A stretch of DNA of 64,000 nt from Eledone cirrhosa (lineage: Eukaryota): assembly GCA_964016885.1 (NCBI GenBank), contig OZ024742.1:110174001-110238000 (forward strand), read 5' to 3'. The position numbers were made by a program, and so were the translations under genes. This document shows positions 1-11,526 of this stretch, piece by piece (within the stretch, counting starts at the first letter, position 1; each line of letters starts with the position of its first letter). The notes beneath the pieces were generated by a model. That model did not search any database. It saw only the letters and a list, made by a program, of their open reading frames with translations, and was not told the origin of the DNA.

Positions 1-2702
1 AGCCAGTTTTTCGACGCGAAGCACGAAGGCTGCGTTGTCCGAAGTAAAATACGTGCTCTAGGGAACGAGGGGACCAAAGCTGTTAGCTGGGCCCGCGTGA
101 CAGAGGCCAACAGTGGAACTAAATACACCATCCGGTCTTTGCGAGACCAGGATGGACGGGCGATTCTTGAGCCTAAGCAGATGTGTGAGGCCTTTCAAAG
201 GCACTTTGCCCGACTGTTCGGAAGGGGCGGGGAGCCGGTTGGGGATGTGGACTTCGGTCCATACCTCGACGGCCTGCCGCGTCTCCCGGACAGGGAGGCG
301 AAGTCCTGCGAGGAGCCGATTTCGGCCGCTGAGATAGAGGAAGTGCTGAGCCAATACGGCAAACGCAAATCCCCGGGTCTCGATGGTCTTCCATACGAAT
401 TATATCTAGCTATGCCGGACTTGTTCCCCGATCTCCTCGAGGCGGTCTACTGCAACTGGCAACAGAACGGGAGAATTCCCTGTACTGTGACCAAGGGCGT
501 AGTCACGCTAGTGAGGAAGGACGAGAACAAGGGAGACGAAATAAGTAACTTCAGGCCCATAACTCTGCTAAATACAGAGTTACAAATTTTGGCTAAGGTG
601 CTAGCAAAGAGGTTGGCGCTTGTCGTGGGCAACCTGGTGGGAGGTGCGCAGACATGTGCTATCCCGTCCAGGTCCATCCATGACAACCTCCACCTCATGC
701 GATACATCATAGAGAGGGTTGGGAAAGAACCCGGCTTTGGTGGGGCTCTGATCAACTTGGATCAATCTAAGGCGTTCGATAGGGTCGACCATGGTTACCT
801 GGATGCGGTGCTAGCGGCGGCAGGCTTCGGACCCGTTTTCAGGGGCTGGATCACTGCTATGCACAGCAGCCGCATCTGCTCTAGGGTCAAGGTGAACGGC
901 TACCTCTCGGAGCCGTTCAAAATCGCGCGGTCCATCCGACAAGGGTGCCCTCTCTCCTCCCTTCTGTATGTGTTGACTCTCGAGCCACTACTGCGGAAGT
1001 TGGAGTTGTTGCAGGGCATCCCTTTGGAACCGGGATTGCGGAAAGCGGAGTCGGCCTACGCCGATGACGTGACAGTAATGGTGTCGACGGCCTCCGAAAT
1101 CGGGGCGGTCGGCACCTTACTGGAGGAGTACGAAAGGTTCACAGGGGCTAAGCTGAACCGGGACAAGTCGATCGGTTTGCAACTCGGCACGTGGAGGGGC
1201 AGACCGATGCCCTCCGATGGCGTCGTCGGACGCTGGACGGAGGGCCCGGTGAAGTTGCTCGGGGTCTGATTCGGACCAGACCTCCAGGTGGAGAAGAACT
1301 GGGCGGAGGTTACGAACAGGATGTTTGCACTGACCCAGAAATGGGCCAGTTGCAAACTATCCCTGAAAGGTCGGGCGGAGGTGGCGAACACCTATATAGC
1401 GTCCGTCATCTACTACCGCCTGACCGTAGTGCCTTGCCCAAGGGAAACCCTCGCCAAGATGGAGCGCGCGCTCTTCCAATTCCTTTGGAAGAGGCGTGCT
1501 CCCTTGGTGAGGAGATCCATCTGCTGTCAACACCCTTCGAAAGGAGGGCTGGGGATGCCGTGGCTAATGATGCGTAAACACACACTAAGGCTACGGCACC
1601 TCCACGTATTCCTCACCGGTCAACCGGTGTGGGCCTCGTTTGCGAGACGAACCTTTCCCAGACTCGTCTCACTCACCGAGCTGCAATCCTGGGTCAAGCA
1701 AAGACCGAGAAAACTGGGCGCCTGGCACACTGAGTGTGCCCAGGCGCTCACCGCCCTCTGGCAGGCGGATCCGGTTATCAGTGGAGCCTCCACCGCAACA
1801 TTCTATAGAGGGCTGGTAAGCAGCAAGTGCGACGACGCCCTCGGAGAAGCCCTAGACATGGAGGTGGACGAACTGGCCAGCCTGTTCGGTAGGACATTCA
1901 GCCCGGGACCTATGGACAACTTCCAGAAGTCTCTGGCCTGGCAGTGCTACCGAGGGGCTCTACCCGTTCGAGAAAAGCACTACAGACACGGGCGCCCGGG
2001 TAGGGACCCCGCCAAAAAGATCTGTCCCAGATGCGTGTGCGACGAGGAAACCGTTGCACACGCATTGGTACACTGCTCGGGCGTAGCCGATCTGTGGGGC
2101 TATGTCGAACAATTGCTGTCAAGGGTGGGACCGATCCGGTTGACCACCGAGTCTATTGTAATGATCAAGCCGCCTCCCCCCTTCAAAGATGAAGGAGAGG
2201 CGGTGTTTCTGTGCGTAATAGCCATGGTGAAAGAAGTTGTATGGTGGACGCGTCTGAAAGGACTGAGGTCAGGCACCTTTCTCTCTGGCCAACAACTGAT
2301 CCGTTTCTTCCGATATCATTTCGGAAGAAGGATCAGGATGGAGAGAGAGGTACTCCACCCCAGTCGTTTTTATGAAAGGTGGGTGAAAGTGGCGAGAATG
2401 GCCCGTGTGAATGGGCCTTCTCTTTACATAAGCCTGTAGGTGGAAAAGAGGAAGGAACGAGGGAGCACCCCCTCTCTGTGCTCCTGAGGAGAAGGGTTGC
2501 ACACTTTTTTCGGGGGTGTGTGCGACTCCCCAAGGCGCCTCCTCTCTATTGAGGATTTTGTTATAATTTTATTTTTAGTTATATTTTATTTTATTTTTAT
2601 ATATTGTTATTGCCTCCTCCTTATTGAGGACGCTTTGTTTTGTAAACTCCCCCCATTGTACTTGTCCCACTTTTGATGCCTTGGTGGCAAATAAAAGAAA
2701 CA
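1..2702 (+). mobile_element. Tx1-clade non-LTR retrotransposon, copy 1 (begins upstream of the window); ORF2 reverse transcriptase and C-terminal zinc knuckle, one nonsense codon
   Basis: ORFs 97-1269 and 1288-2439 are in frame, separated by TGA at 1267-1269 (TGG in other copies). RT motifs KSPGLDG, FRPITLLN, DQSKAFD, QGCPLS, YADD; C-terminal CPRC..ETVAHALVHC; 3' UTR ends AATAAAAGAAAC then (TATC)n. Confidence 0.92.

Positions 2703-2774
<72 letters not shown>
2703..2774. repeat. (TATC)n microsatellite between Tx1 copies 1 and 2
   Basis: Directly visible tandem repeat. Confidence 0.98.
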
Positions 2775-5618
2775 CTGCTGTTAGTGGGGGACTGGAATGG
2801 AATCCTAGATGCACGTTGGGACTATGTGTGAGCATGTCCCGATAGAGGGGGGTGTAACAGCCTCAAACATTTAATCGGCCGATTTGACCTGGACGATAGT
2901 TATCGACTAGATTTTCCGACTGTGCCACTGTGGACGTGGACTAATCGCAGCGGAACATCTAGATCGTACCTAGATAAGGTTCTAGTTAGAAAGAAGGATA
3001 GGGACATGTTAAGCTGTCCACAAATGTTCATGGTTGCCTATTCAGATCACAAATTAGTGATCTGCTTAGTCAACCTTGACAAAACCCATAGACAGGGAGC
3101 CGGCTACTGGAAGCTGAACTTGTCGTTACCGACATGCAAAGCCTACAGTAGACGGATTAGCACTTTAGTTAAGCAGCACTTGACGGGGGCCATTGTCAAC
3201 AACAGATGGTGGTACTCTCTCAAGAGGGCAGTTAGATTAGATTCGATAGGTTTTAGTAAAGAATTAGTGTTAGATAGAAATAAGACCGAAAAGGAACTGG
3301 TAGATAAAGTAGAAGAGGCACTTAGGAGTTGCAACGTAGCCAGTGTGCTAGCGACGAGAACGGCCCTGGACCAGTTCTTCGACGCAAAACATGAAGGCTG
3401 CGTTGTCAGAAGCAAAATACGTGCTCTGAGAAACGAAGGAGCCAAAGCTGTTAGCTGGGCCCGAGTGATGGAGGCGAAAAGTGGCAACAAGTCCACGATT
3501 CGGTCTTTGAAGGACCAAGACGGACGCGCGATACGTGAGCCGAAGCAAATGTGCGCAGCCTTTAAGCGGCACTTTGCTCAGCTGTTCGGGCAGGGCGGCG
3601 CGCCGGGAGGGGCTATGGATTTCGGTCCATACCTCGACGGCCTACCGCGACTCTCGGACAGCGAGGCGAAGTTCTGCGAAAGAGCGAGGGTAGGGTGTAA
3701 ACCCGGATTCGGTGGGGCCCTGATCAACTTGGATCAGTCTAAGGCTTTCGATAGCGTTGACCATCGTTACCTGGATGCGGTGCTCGAGGCGGCAGGCTTC
3801 GGACCCGTGTTCAGGGGCTGGATTGCTGTAATGCACAGCAGCAACATCTGCTCAAGGGTCAAGGTGAACGGCTACCTCTCGAAGCCGTTCCATATCACGC
3901 GATCCATCCGACAGGGATGGCCTCTCTCCTCCCTTCTGTACGTACTGTCTCTCGAGCCACTACTGCGGAAGTTGGAGCTATTGCAGGGCATCCCTTTGGA
4001 ACTGGGACTGCGAAAAGCGGCGTCGGCCTACGCCGACGACTTGACAGTAATGGTGTCGAGCACCTCGCAAATCGGAGAGATCGGCACCTCACTGGAGGAA
4101 GACGAAAGGTTCACAGGAGCGAAGCTGAACCGGGACAAATCCGTCGGTTTGCAACTCGGAACGTGGAGAGGCAAACCAATGCCTTCCGATGGCGTCGTCG
4201 GACGCTGGACGGAAGGACCGGTAAAGCTGCTCGGGGTCTGGTTTGGTTCAGACCTCCAGGTGGAGAAGAACTGGAACGAGGTGACGGCCAATGTGTTTGC
4301 GCTCACCCAGAAGTGGGCCGAGTGCAAACTATCCTTGAAAGGTCGAGCGGAGGTGGCGAACACTTTTATAGCGTCCGTCATCTACTACCGCTTGACCGTC
4401 GTGCCTTGTCCAGCCAAAACGCTCACCAAAATGGAGCGCGCGCTCTTCCAATTCCTTTGGAAGAAACGGGTTCCTTTGATGAGAAGATCCATCTGCTGCC
4501 AACACCCTTCAACCGGAGGGCTGGGGTTGCCGTGGCTGATGATTCGCAAACACGCGCTCAGGCTGCGGCACCTCCACGTATTCCCCACCAGTCAATCGGT
4601 GTGGGCCCCGTTCGTGAGGCGAGTCTTCCCACGACTCGTCTCGCTGACCGAGCTGCAGTCATGGGTCAAGCAAAGACCGAGGAAAATGAGCGACTGGCAC
4701 ATCGAATGTGCTCAGGCGCTCACAGTCCTCTGGCAAACGGACCCGGCGACATTCTATAGAGGGTTAGTCCGCAGCAAGTGCGACGACAAGCTCTCGGAGA
4801 AACTCTAGGCGTAGAGGAGGACAAACTGGCCAGCCTGTTCAGTAGGACCTTCCGCCCGGAACCAATGGACAACTTCCAAAAGTCCCTGGCCTGGCAGTGC
4901 TACAGAGGAGCTCTACCAGTTCGAGACATGCTCTACAGACACGGGCGCCCGGGCAGGGACAGTTCGAAAAAGTTCTGTCCGAGATGCGTGCGCGACAAGG
5001 AAACCGTCGCGCACAAATTTGTACACTGCCCGGGCGTTACCGACCTGTGGGGCTATGTAGAACGACTATTGTCGCGGGTGGGACCAATCCAGTTGACCAC
5101 CGAGTCCATTGTCATGATCAAACCGCCACCCTCCTTCAAAAACGAGGGAGAGGCGGTTTTCCTATGCTGGCTATGGTGAAAGAGGTTATATGGTGGACGA
5201 GGTTAAAAGGGCTGAGGTCAGACACCTTTCTCTCCGGCGAGCAACTGATTCGTTTTTTCAAATATCATTTTGGAAGAAGAATCAGGATGGAGAGAGAGGT
5301 GCTGTACCCCAGCAAATTTTATAAAAGGTGGGTGAATGTGGCAAAGATGGCCCGAGTGGTTGGGCCTTCTCTCTATATAAGCCTGTAGGTTGAGGAAAAG
5401 GAGGAAGATAGGAAGGGAGTACTCACTCTTGGTGCTCCTGGAGATGAGGTTGTACATTTTTTCGGGGTGTGTACAACCCCTGTGTAATGCCTCTCCACTA
5501 TTGGGGATATCAACTGTTATTTGTTATTTTATTAATAGTTTTATTTTCATATACCTGTATGTAAACTCCCCATTTGTATTTGTTCCCTTCTTTTGTGCCT
5601 TGTGGCTAATAAAGAAAT
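2775..5618 (+). mobile_element. Tx1 copy 2, 5'-truncated within the APE endonuclease, with an internal RT deletion and frameshifts
   Basis: Starts at the GDWN motif; has TWTN..SRSYLD and SDH motifs; jumps from AKFCE to RVGCKPGFGG near 3680, losing the early RT domains; 3' UTR with AATAAA. Confidence 0.9.
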
Positions 5619-5636
5619 TTATCTATATATCTGTCT

Positions 5637-7512
5637 CCCGGCTTTGGTGGGGCCCTGATCAACTTGGATCAATCTAAGGCGTTCGATAGGGTCGACCATG
5701 GTTACCTGGTTGCGGTGCTAGCGGCGGCAGGCTTCGGACCCGTTTTCAGGGGCTGGATCAATGCCATGCACAGCAGCCGCATCTGTTCTAGGGTCAAGGT
5801 GAACGGCTACCTCTCCTAGCCGTTCGAAATCGCGCGGTCCATCCGGCAAGGGTGCCCTCTCTCCTCCCTTCTGTATGTAGTGCCTCTAGAGCCACTGCTG
5901 TGGAAGTTGGAGTTGTTGCAGAGCATCCCGTTGGAACCGGGATTGCGGAAAGCTGTGTCGGCCTACGCCGATGACGTAACAGTAATGGAGGAGTACGAAA
6001 GGTTTACAGGGGCTAATCTGAACCGGGACAAGTCGATCGGTTTGCAACTCGGCACGTGGAGGGGCAAACCGATGGCGTCGTCGGACGCTGGACGGAGGGC
6101 CTGTGAAGTTGCTCGGGGTCTGGTTCGGACCAGACCTCCAGGTGGAGAAGAACTGGGGTGAGGTAACGAACAGGGTGTTTGCACTGACCCAGAAGTGGGC
6201 CAGTTTCAAACTATCCCTGAAAGGTCGGGCAGAGGTGGCGAACACTTATATAGCGTCCGTCATCTACTAACGCATGACCGTCGAGCCTTTCCCAAGGGAA
6301 ACGCTCGCCAAAATGGAGCGCGCACTCTTCCAATTCCTTTGGAAGAAGCGAGCTCCTATGGTGAGGAGATCCATCTGCTGTCAACACCCTTCGAAAGGAG
6401 GGCTATGGATGCCGTGGCTGATGATGCGTAAACACGCATTAAGGTTACGGCACCTCCAGGTATTCCTCACCGGTCAACCGGTGTGGGCCCCGTTTGTGAG
6501 GCGAGCCTTTCCCAGACTCGTCTCGCTCACCGAGCTACAATCCTTGGTCAAGCAAAGACCGAGAAAACTGGGCGCCTGGCACACCGAGTGTGCCCAGGCG
6601 CTCACAGCTCTCTGGCAGGCGGACCCGGCTGTCAGTGGAGAATCCACTTCGTCATTCTATAGAGGGCTGGTGGTTAGCAGGTGCGACGACGCCCTCGGAG
6701 AAGCCCTAGGCATGGAGGAAGACGAACTGGCTAACCTGTTCGGTAGGACATTCAGCCCGGGACCCATGAATAACTTTCAGAGGTCCCTGGCCTGGCAGTG
6801 CTACCGAGGGGCTCTGCCCGTTCGAGAAAGGCTCTACAGACACGGGCTCCCGGGTAGGGACCCCTCGAAAAAGATCTGTCCCAGATGCGTGTGCGACGAG
6901 TAAACCGTTGCACACGCATTGGTACACTGCTCGGGCATTGCCGATCTGTGGGGATATGTCGAACAACTGCTGTCAACGGTGGGACCGATCCGGTTGTCCA
7001 CCGAGTCTATTGTAACGATCAAGCCGCCTCCCCTCTTCAAAAACGAAGAAGAGGCGGTGTTTCTGTGCGTAATAGCCATGGCGAAAGAGGTTGTATGGTG
7101 GACGCGTCTGAAAGGACTGAGGTCAGACACCTTTCTCTCTGGCCAACAACTGGTCCGTTTCTTCCGATATCATTTCGGAAGAAGGATCAGGATGGAGAGA
7201 GAGGTGCTGCACCCCAGCCGTTTTTATGAAAGATGGGTGAAAGTGGCGAGAATGGTCCGTGTGAACGGGCCTTCACTCTACATCAGACTATAGGTGAGGA
7301 AGGGTTGCGTACTTTTTTCGGGGGTGTGTGCGACCCCCCAAGGCGCCTCCTCCCTATTGATGATTTTGTTATTAAATTTATTTTTTTTATATTTTATATA
7401 TTATTTTTATATTTTGTTATTGCCTCCTCCTTATTGAGGACGCCTTTTTATGTAAACTCCCCCCATTGTACTTGTTCCACTTTTTGATGCCCTGGTGGCA
7501 AATAAAAAGAAA
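5637..7512 (+). mobile_element. Tx1 copy 3, 5'-truncated and degenerate
   Basis: Begins at PGFGGALINLDQSKAFD; several stops and small deletions; followed by (TATC)n at about 7515-7597. Confidence 0.9.
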
Positions 7513-7513
7513 G

Positions 7514-7597
<84 letters not shown>

Positions 7598-7599
7598 AC

Positions 7600-9255
7600 A
7601 TTCTGGAACCGGGACTGCGGAAAGCGGCGTCGGCCTACGCCGACGACGTGACAGTAATGGTGTCGAGCGCCTCGCAAATCGAGGAAGTCGGCACCTTACT
7701 GGAGGAATACGAAAGTCTCACAGGAGCGAAGCTGAACCGGGACAAGTCCATCGGTTTGCAACTCGGATCGTGGAGAGGCAGACCGATGCCTTCCGATAGC
7801 GTCGTCGGACGCTGGACGGAAGGACCGGTAAAGCTACTCGGGGTCTGGTTTGGTCCGGACCTCCAGGTGGAGAAGAACTGGAACGAAGTGACGGCCAAGG
7901 TGTTTGCACTCACCCAGAAGTGGGCCGAGTGCAAACTATCCTTGAAAGGTCGAGCGGAGGTGGCGAACACTTTTATAGCGTCCGCCATCTACTACCGCTT
8001 GACCGTCGTGCCTTGTCCAGCCAAAACGCTCGCCAAAATGGAGCGCGCCCTCTTCCGATTCCTTTGGAAGAGGCGGGCTCCTTTGGTAAGAAGATCCATC
8101 TGCTGCCAACACCCTTCTAACGGAGGGCTGGGGATGCCGTGGTTGACGATGCGCAAACACGCGCTCAGGCTGCGGCATCTCTACGTATTCCTCACCGGAC
8201 AACCGGTGTGGGCCCCGTTCGTGAGGCGAGCCTTCCCACGACTCGTCTCGCTGACCGAGCTGCAGTCCTGGGTCAAGCAGAGACCGAGGAAAATGGGCGA
8301 CTGGCACATCGAATGTGCTCAGGCGCTCACAGCCCTCTGGCAGGCGGACCCGGCGATCAGTGGAGACTCCACTTCGTCATTCTATAGAGGGTTGGTCCGC
8401 AGCAAGTGCGACGACGCGCTCGGTGAAACTCTGGGCGTGGAGGAAGATGAACTGGCCAGTCTGTTCGGTAGGACCTTCCGCCCGGGACCGATGGACAACT
8501 TCCAAAAGTCCCTGGCCTGGCAGTGCTACCGAGGAGCTCTACCAGTTCGAGACAAGCTCTACAGACATGGGCGCCCGGGCAGGGACCCTGCAAAAAAGAT
8601 CTGTCCGAGGTGCGTGCGAGACGAAGAAACCGTCGCGCACGCATTCATACACTGCCCGGGCGTCACTGACCTGTGGGGCTATGTAGAACGACTATTGTCG
8701 CGGGTGGGACCAATCCAGTTGACCACCGAGTCCATTGTCATGATCAAACCGCCACCCTCCTTCAAAAACGAAGGAGAGGCGGTTTTCCTTTGTGTGATAG
8801 CTATGGCGAAAGAGGTTGTATGGTGGACAAGGTTGAAAGGGCTGAGGTCAGACACCTTTCTCTCCGGCCAACAACTGATTCTTTTTTTCAAATACCACTT
8901 TGGAAGAAGAATCAGGATGGAGAGAGAGGTGCTGTACCCCAGCAAGTTTTATGAAAGGTGGGTGAAAGTGGCGAGAATGGCCCGAGTGAATGGGCCTTCT
9001 CTCTATATCAGCCTGTAGGTTGAGGAAAAGGAGGAGGAGAGGAAAGGAGTACAAGCTCTTCGTACTCCTGGAGATGAGGGTTGCACATTTTTTTCGGGGG
9101 TCTGTGTTACCCATATAAACTGTCTCCCTCTATTGGGGAAAATCGACTAACTTTTAAATTCCATCTGTGATAACATTTTACACGTTTTTATTGTATGTAA
9201 ACTTCCCCCTTTGTATTTGTCCCCTTCTTTTGTGCCCCTGTGGCTAATAAAGAAA
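7600..9255 (+). mobile_element. Tx1 copy 4, 5'-truncated, open frame from YADD to the stop at 9018
   Basis: ORF 7495-9018, whose N-terminal part is microsatellite read-through; 3' UTR of the same type as copy 2; (TATC)n at about 9257-9348. Confidence 0.92.
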
Positions 9256-9257
9256 TA

Positions 9258-9348
<91 letters not shown>

Positions 9349-9744
9349 TTCACACACAAAATCTAGCTGTCGTCTGTTCTACAGCGTAGATGTAATTCAC
9401 TTCGCGCAGAAGTTTTGTTCAAATTTATTGCGGAAATTTTGTGAGTTCAAATTTAATTTTGATACAATTGTGTAGCTTGACCCCCCGTCTGAACTGTCAG
9501 GCGGTGGGTCAGCTCATCTTTACCCCTCCTAGAGGTGAAAAACCTGTTTTAAAAAATTTTGTGGCAAAAAAATTTCAATCGTCTAACAGAAATGTTAAAC
9601 GCAGCGAACGAAAATAGTGGTGGGGGACAGCGGTAAGAGTTGTAAGCTCGCACGCTTTAGTCCCCCCCCCTTCCTTCCCAACTAACGTCATAGAGAAGGA
9701 AGGAAAAATTAAAATAAAAACAGACGAATCTGCGGAGAAAAAAA

Positions 9745-11493
9745 ATGACGAAAACACAAATCTGGACATGGATTCCAACAACGAAAAAAAAAAAATTTGA
9801 AAAATTGCATGACAATACTAATAACACAAACAAAGACACAACAAACACAAAAATAACATTTGAAAATAACACCATAACAGAAAGCAAAGCAGACGACAAG
9901 ATTTCATTTGCACAGACAACAAAGAAATCTTTGACTTATATACCGGAAAATATTTCAGATGTGGCACGAAGAATCACAGACGCCAAACAATACATAAGTG
10001 AAGGAGAGAATGGTATTTTATCGGTAAAAATGCCTCAAGAATTCACCAAAGACATTGAAAGCCGAACGGTCAAGTTTCGCACCATCAACAACAGTACAAA
10101 AAAACCTGAACAGCCTTCTCAAGCAGATATCAAAACAGTACTCACAGAAGTACTTAATGAAACCACTTTCATAAGAAAAGACAGACTGTATGGAAGCCTA
10201 GCAATTATCATGAAGAACGAATCGGCGGCAAAAAAATGTGCTTTGTCACCGATTCGTTCGAAAAATTTTACCTTTTATCTATCTTATATGGGTAAAAGAA
10301 CTCAACGCATATGGCTGGATGCAATGATGCCAGATGTGGACTACTGCTGGCTCATAGCTGGTTTCATCGATCCAGTGAATGACAACGTGATTTCCATTGG
10401 GAAAACCACAGGCAATGCGTTCAGTGGAACAGGTATAGAGCTGGTAGTGCAAATGAAGCCTGAACGCATCGCCCAAATACCCGACAGAATCCTATTAGAG
10501 GGCCACGGGTATATAAACATTAGCGTGGAGGGGAGAAGGCCGTCCTGCCATATCTGTGCAGGCAGAGGGCACCTGAAGGCCGCTTGTCCCCAACTCAACA
10601 AAAAGAAAACCCTGCTACCAACACCAGCTCCACCACCACCACCACAACAGATAAACAAACAACAAAACTCAGTCCCACCCAACCCGTCCCTCAGTAAAAC
10701 TACACCACCACCACAACACAAACAGTCACAACACATTACCCCAAAACAAAATACAGGCCCACCCAACCCCTCACTCAATAAAACAACACAACCACCGCAG
10801 ACACAACACACAACACAGTCTAACATAGTGACATCCATCTCCCCCACAAAGAAAACCAACACGGAAACATTACCAGCAAACATACCTCTTCCCTCCAACA
10901 CTGAAGATAACCCAACGAATTCGGAGGAAGAAACGGAGTCCTTCAGACAGATTAAAAGGAAAAAAAGAAAACATGTGCAAAACACACAAGGCCAAACAAC
11001 CCCCACCCAAATCTCAACACAATCCAACAAAACAGAAAACACCCCTCCAGCAACAAACAAAACCAAACCTGCCCCTCCCCTCTTCGAAACACTCACACCA
11101 TCCGGAAAAAAGACATTACACTATACTTACATCAACAGAAACAATAATAAATTAAATGAACTCATAAACAATAACCCTTCGGTACAAACAGAAGGGGTAA
11201 ACTTTGTTTCTTCAGAAAACTACCCACATTTAAAATTAATAAAGATCCCAATGAACCTCTACCAAAAACTAAAAAAGGATTTTAAGGAGGACGTAGGACC
11301 ACCCTCTGTCAAACCCATAAACCGCGTCCTACTAAAAAGCTTTCCCCCTCCCCTTCCCCTCCCCAACACAACTCCAAACACCCCAACCCCACCACACACT
11401 GACGACCCCACACCACCACAAGACACCCCTTCACCCAACACCCCCGACCCCATGGAAGTCGTGCAACCCGAACCCCGGGAAGCGGAAAGGTAG
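9745..11493 (+). CDS. Tx1 ORF1 gag-like nucleic-acid-binding protein with CCHC zinc knuckle; true start uncertain
   Basis: CHICAGRGHLKAAC (CX2CX4HX4C) followed by a Pro/Thr/Gln-rich tail; ends 33 bp before the ORF2 ATG; an A-run near 9785 may hide a frameshift. Confidence 0.85.
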   Translation: MTKTQIWTWIPTTKKKKFEKLHDNTNNTNKDTTNTKITFENNTITESKADDKISFAQTTKKSLTYIPENISDVARRITDAKQYISEGENGILSVKMPQEFTKDIESRTVKFRTINNSTKKPEQPSQADIKTVLTEVLNETTFIRKDRLYGSLAIIMKNESAAKKCALSPIRSKNFTFYLSYMGKRTQRIWLDAMMPDVDYCWLIAGFIDPVNDNVISIGKTTGNAFSGTGIELVVQMKPERIAQIPDRILLEGHGYINISVEGRRPSCHICAGRGHLKAACPQLNKKKTLLPTPAPPPPPQQINKQQNSVPPNPSLSKTTPPPQHKQSQHITPKQNTGPPNPSLNKTTQPPQTQHTTQSNIVTSISPTKKTNTETLPANIPLPSNTEDNPTNSEEETESFRQIKRKKRKHVQNTQGQTTPTQISTQSNKTENTPPATNKTKPAPPLFETLTPSGKKTLHYTYINRNNNKLNELINNNPSVQTEGVNFVSSENYPHLKLIKIPMNLYQKLKKDFKEDVGPPSVKPINRVLLKSFPPPLPLPNTTPNTPTPPHTDDPTPPQDTPSPNTPDPMEVVQPEPREAER

Positions 11494-11526
11494 GTCTCTA
11501 CACTCTCCTTTGGCTCTGCCGCCCAC

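Noticed and set aside
1267-1269. In-frame TGA in copy 1 as possible selenocysteine or read-through recoding
   Set aside because: All other copies have TGG (Trp) here, so it is a simple nonsense mutation.
7495-7600. Apparent N-terminal extension (MANKKKVIYLSIYL...) fused to the RT of copy 4
   Set aside because: Chance read-through of the copy 3 tail and the TATC tract into a truncated copy.
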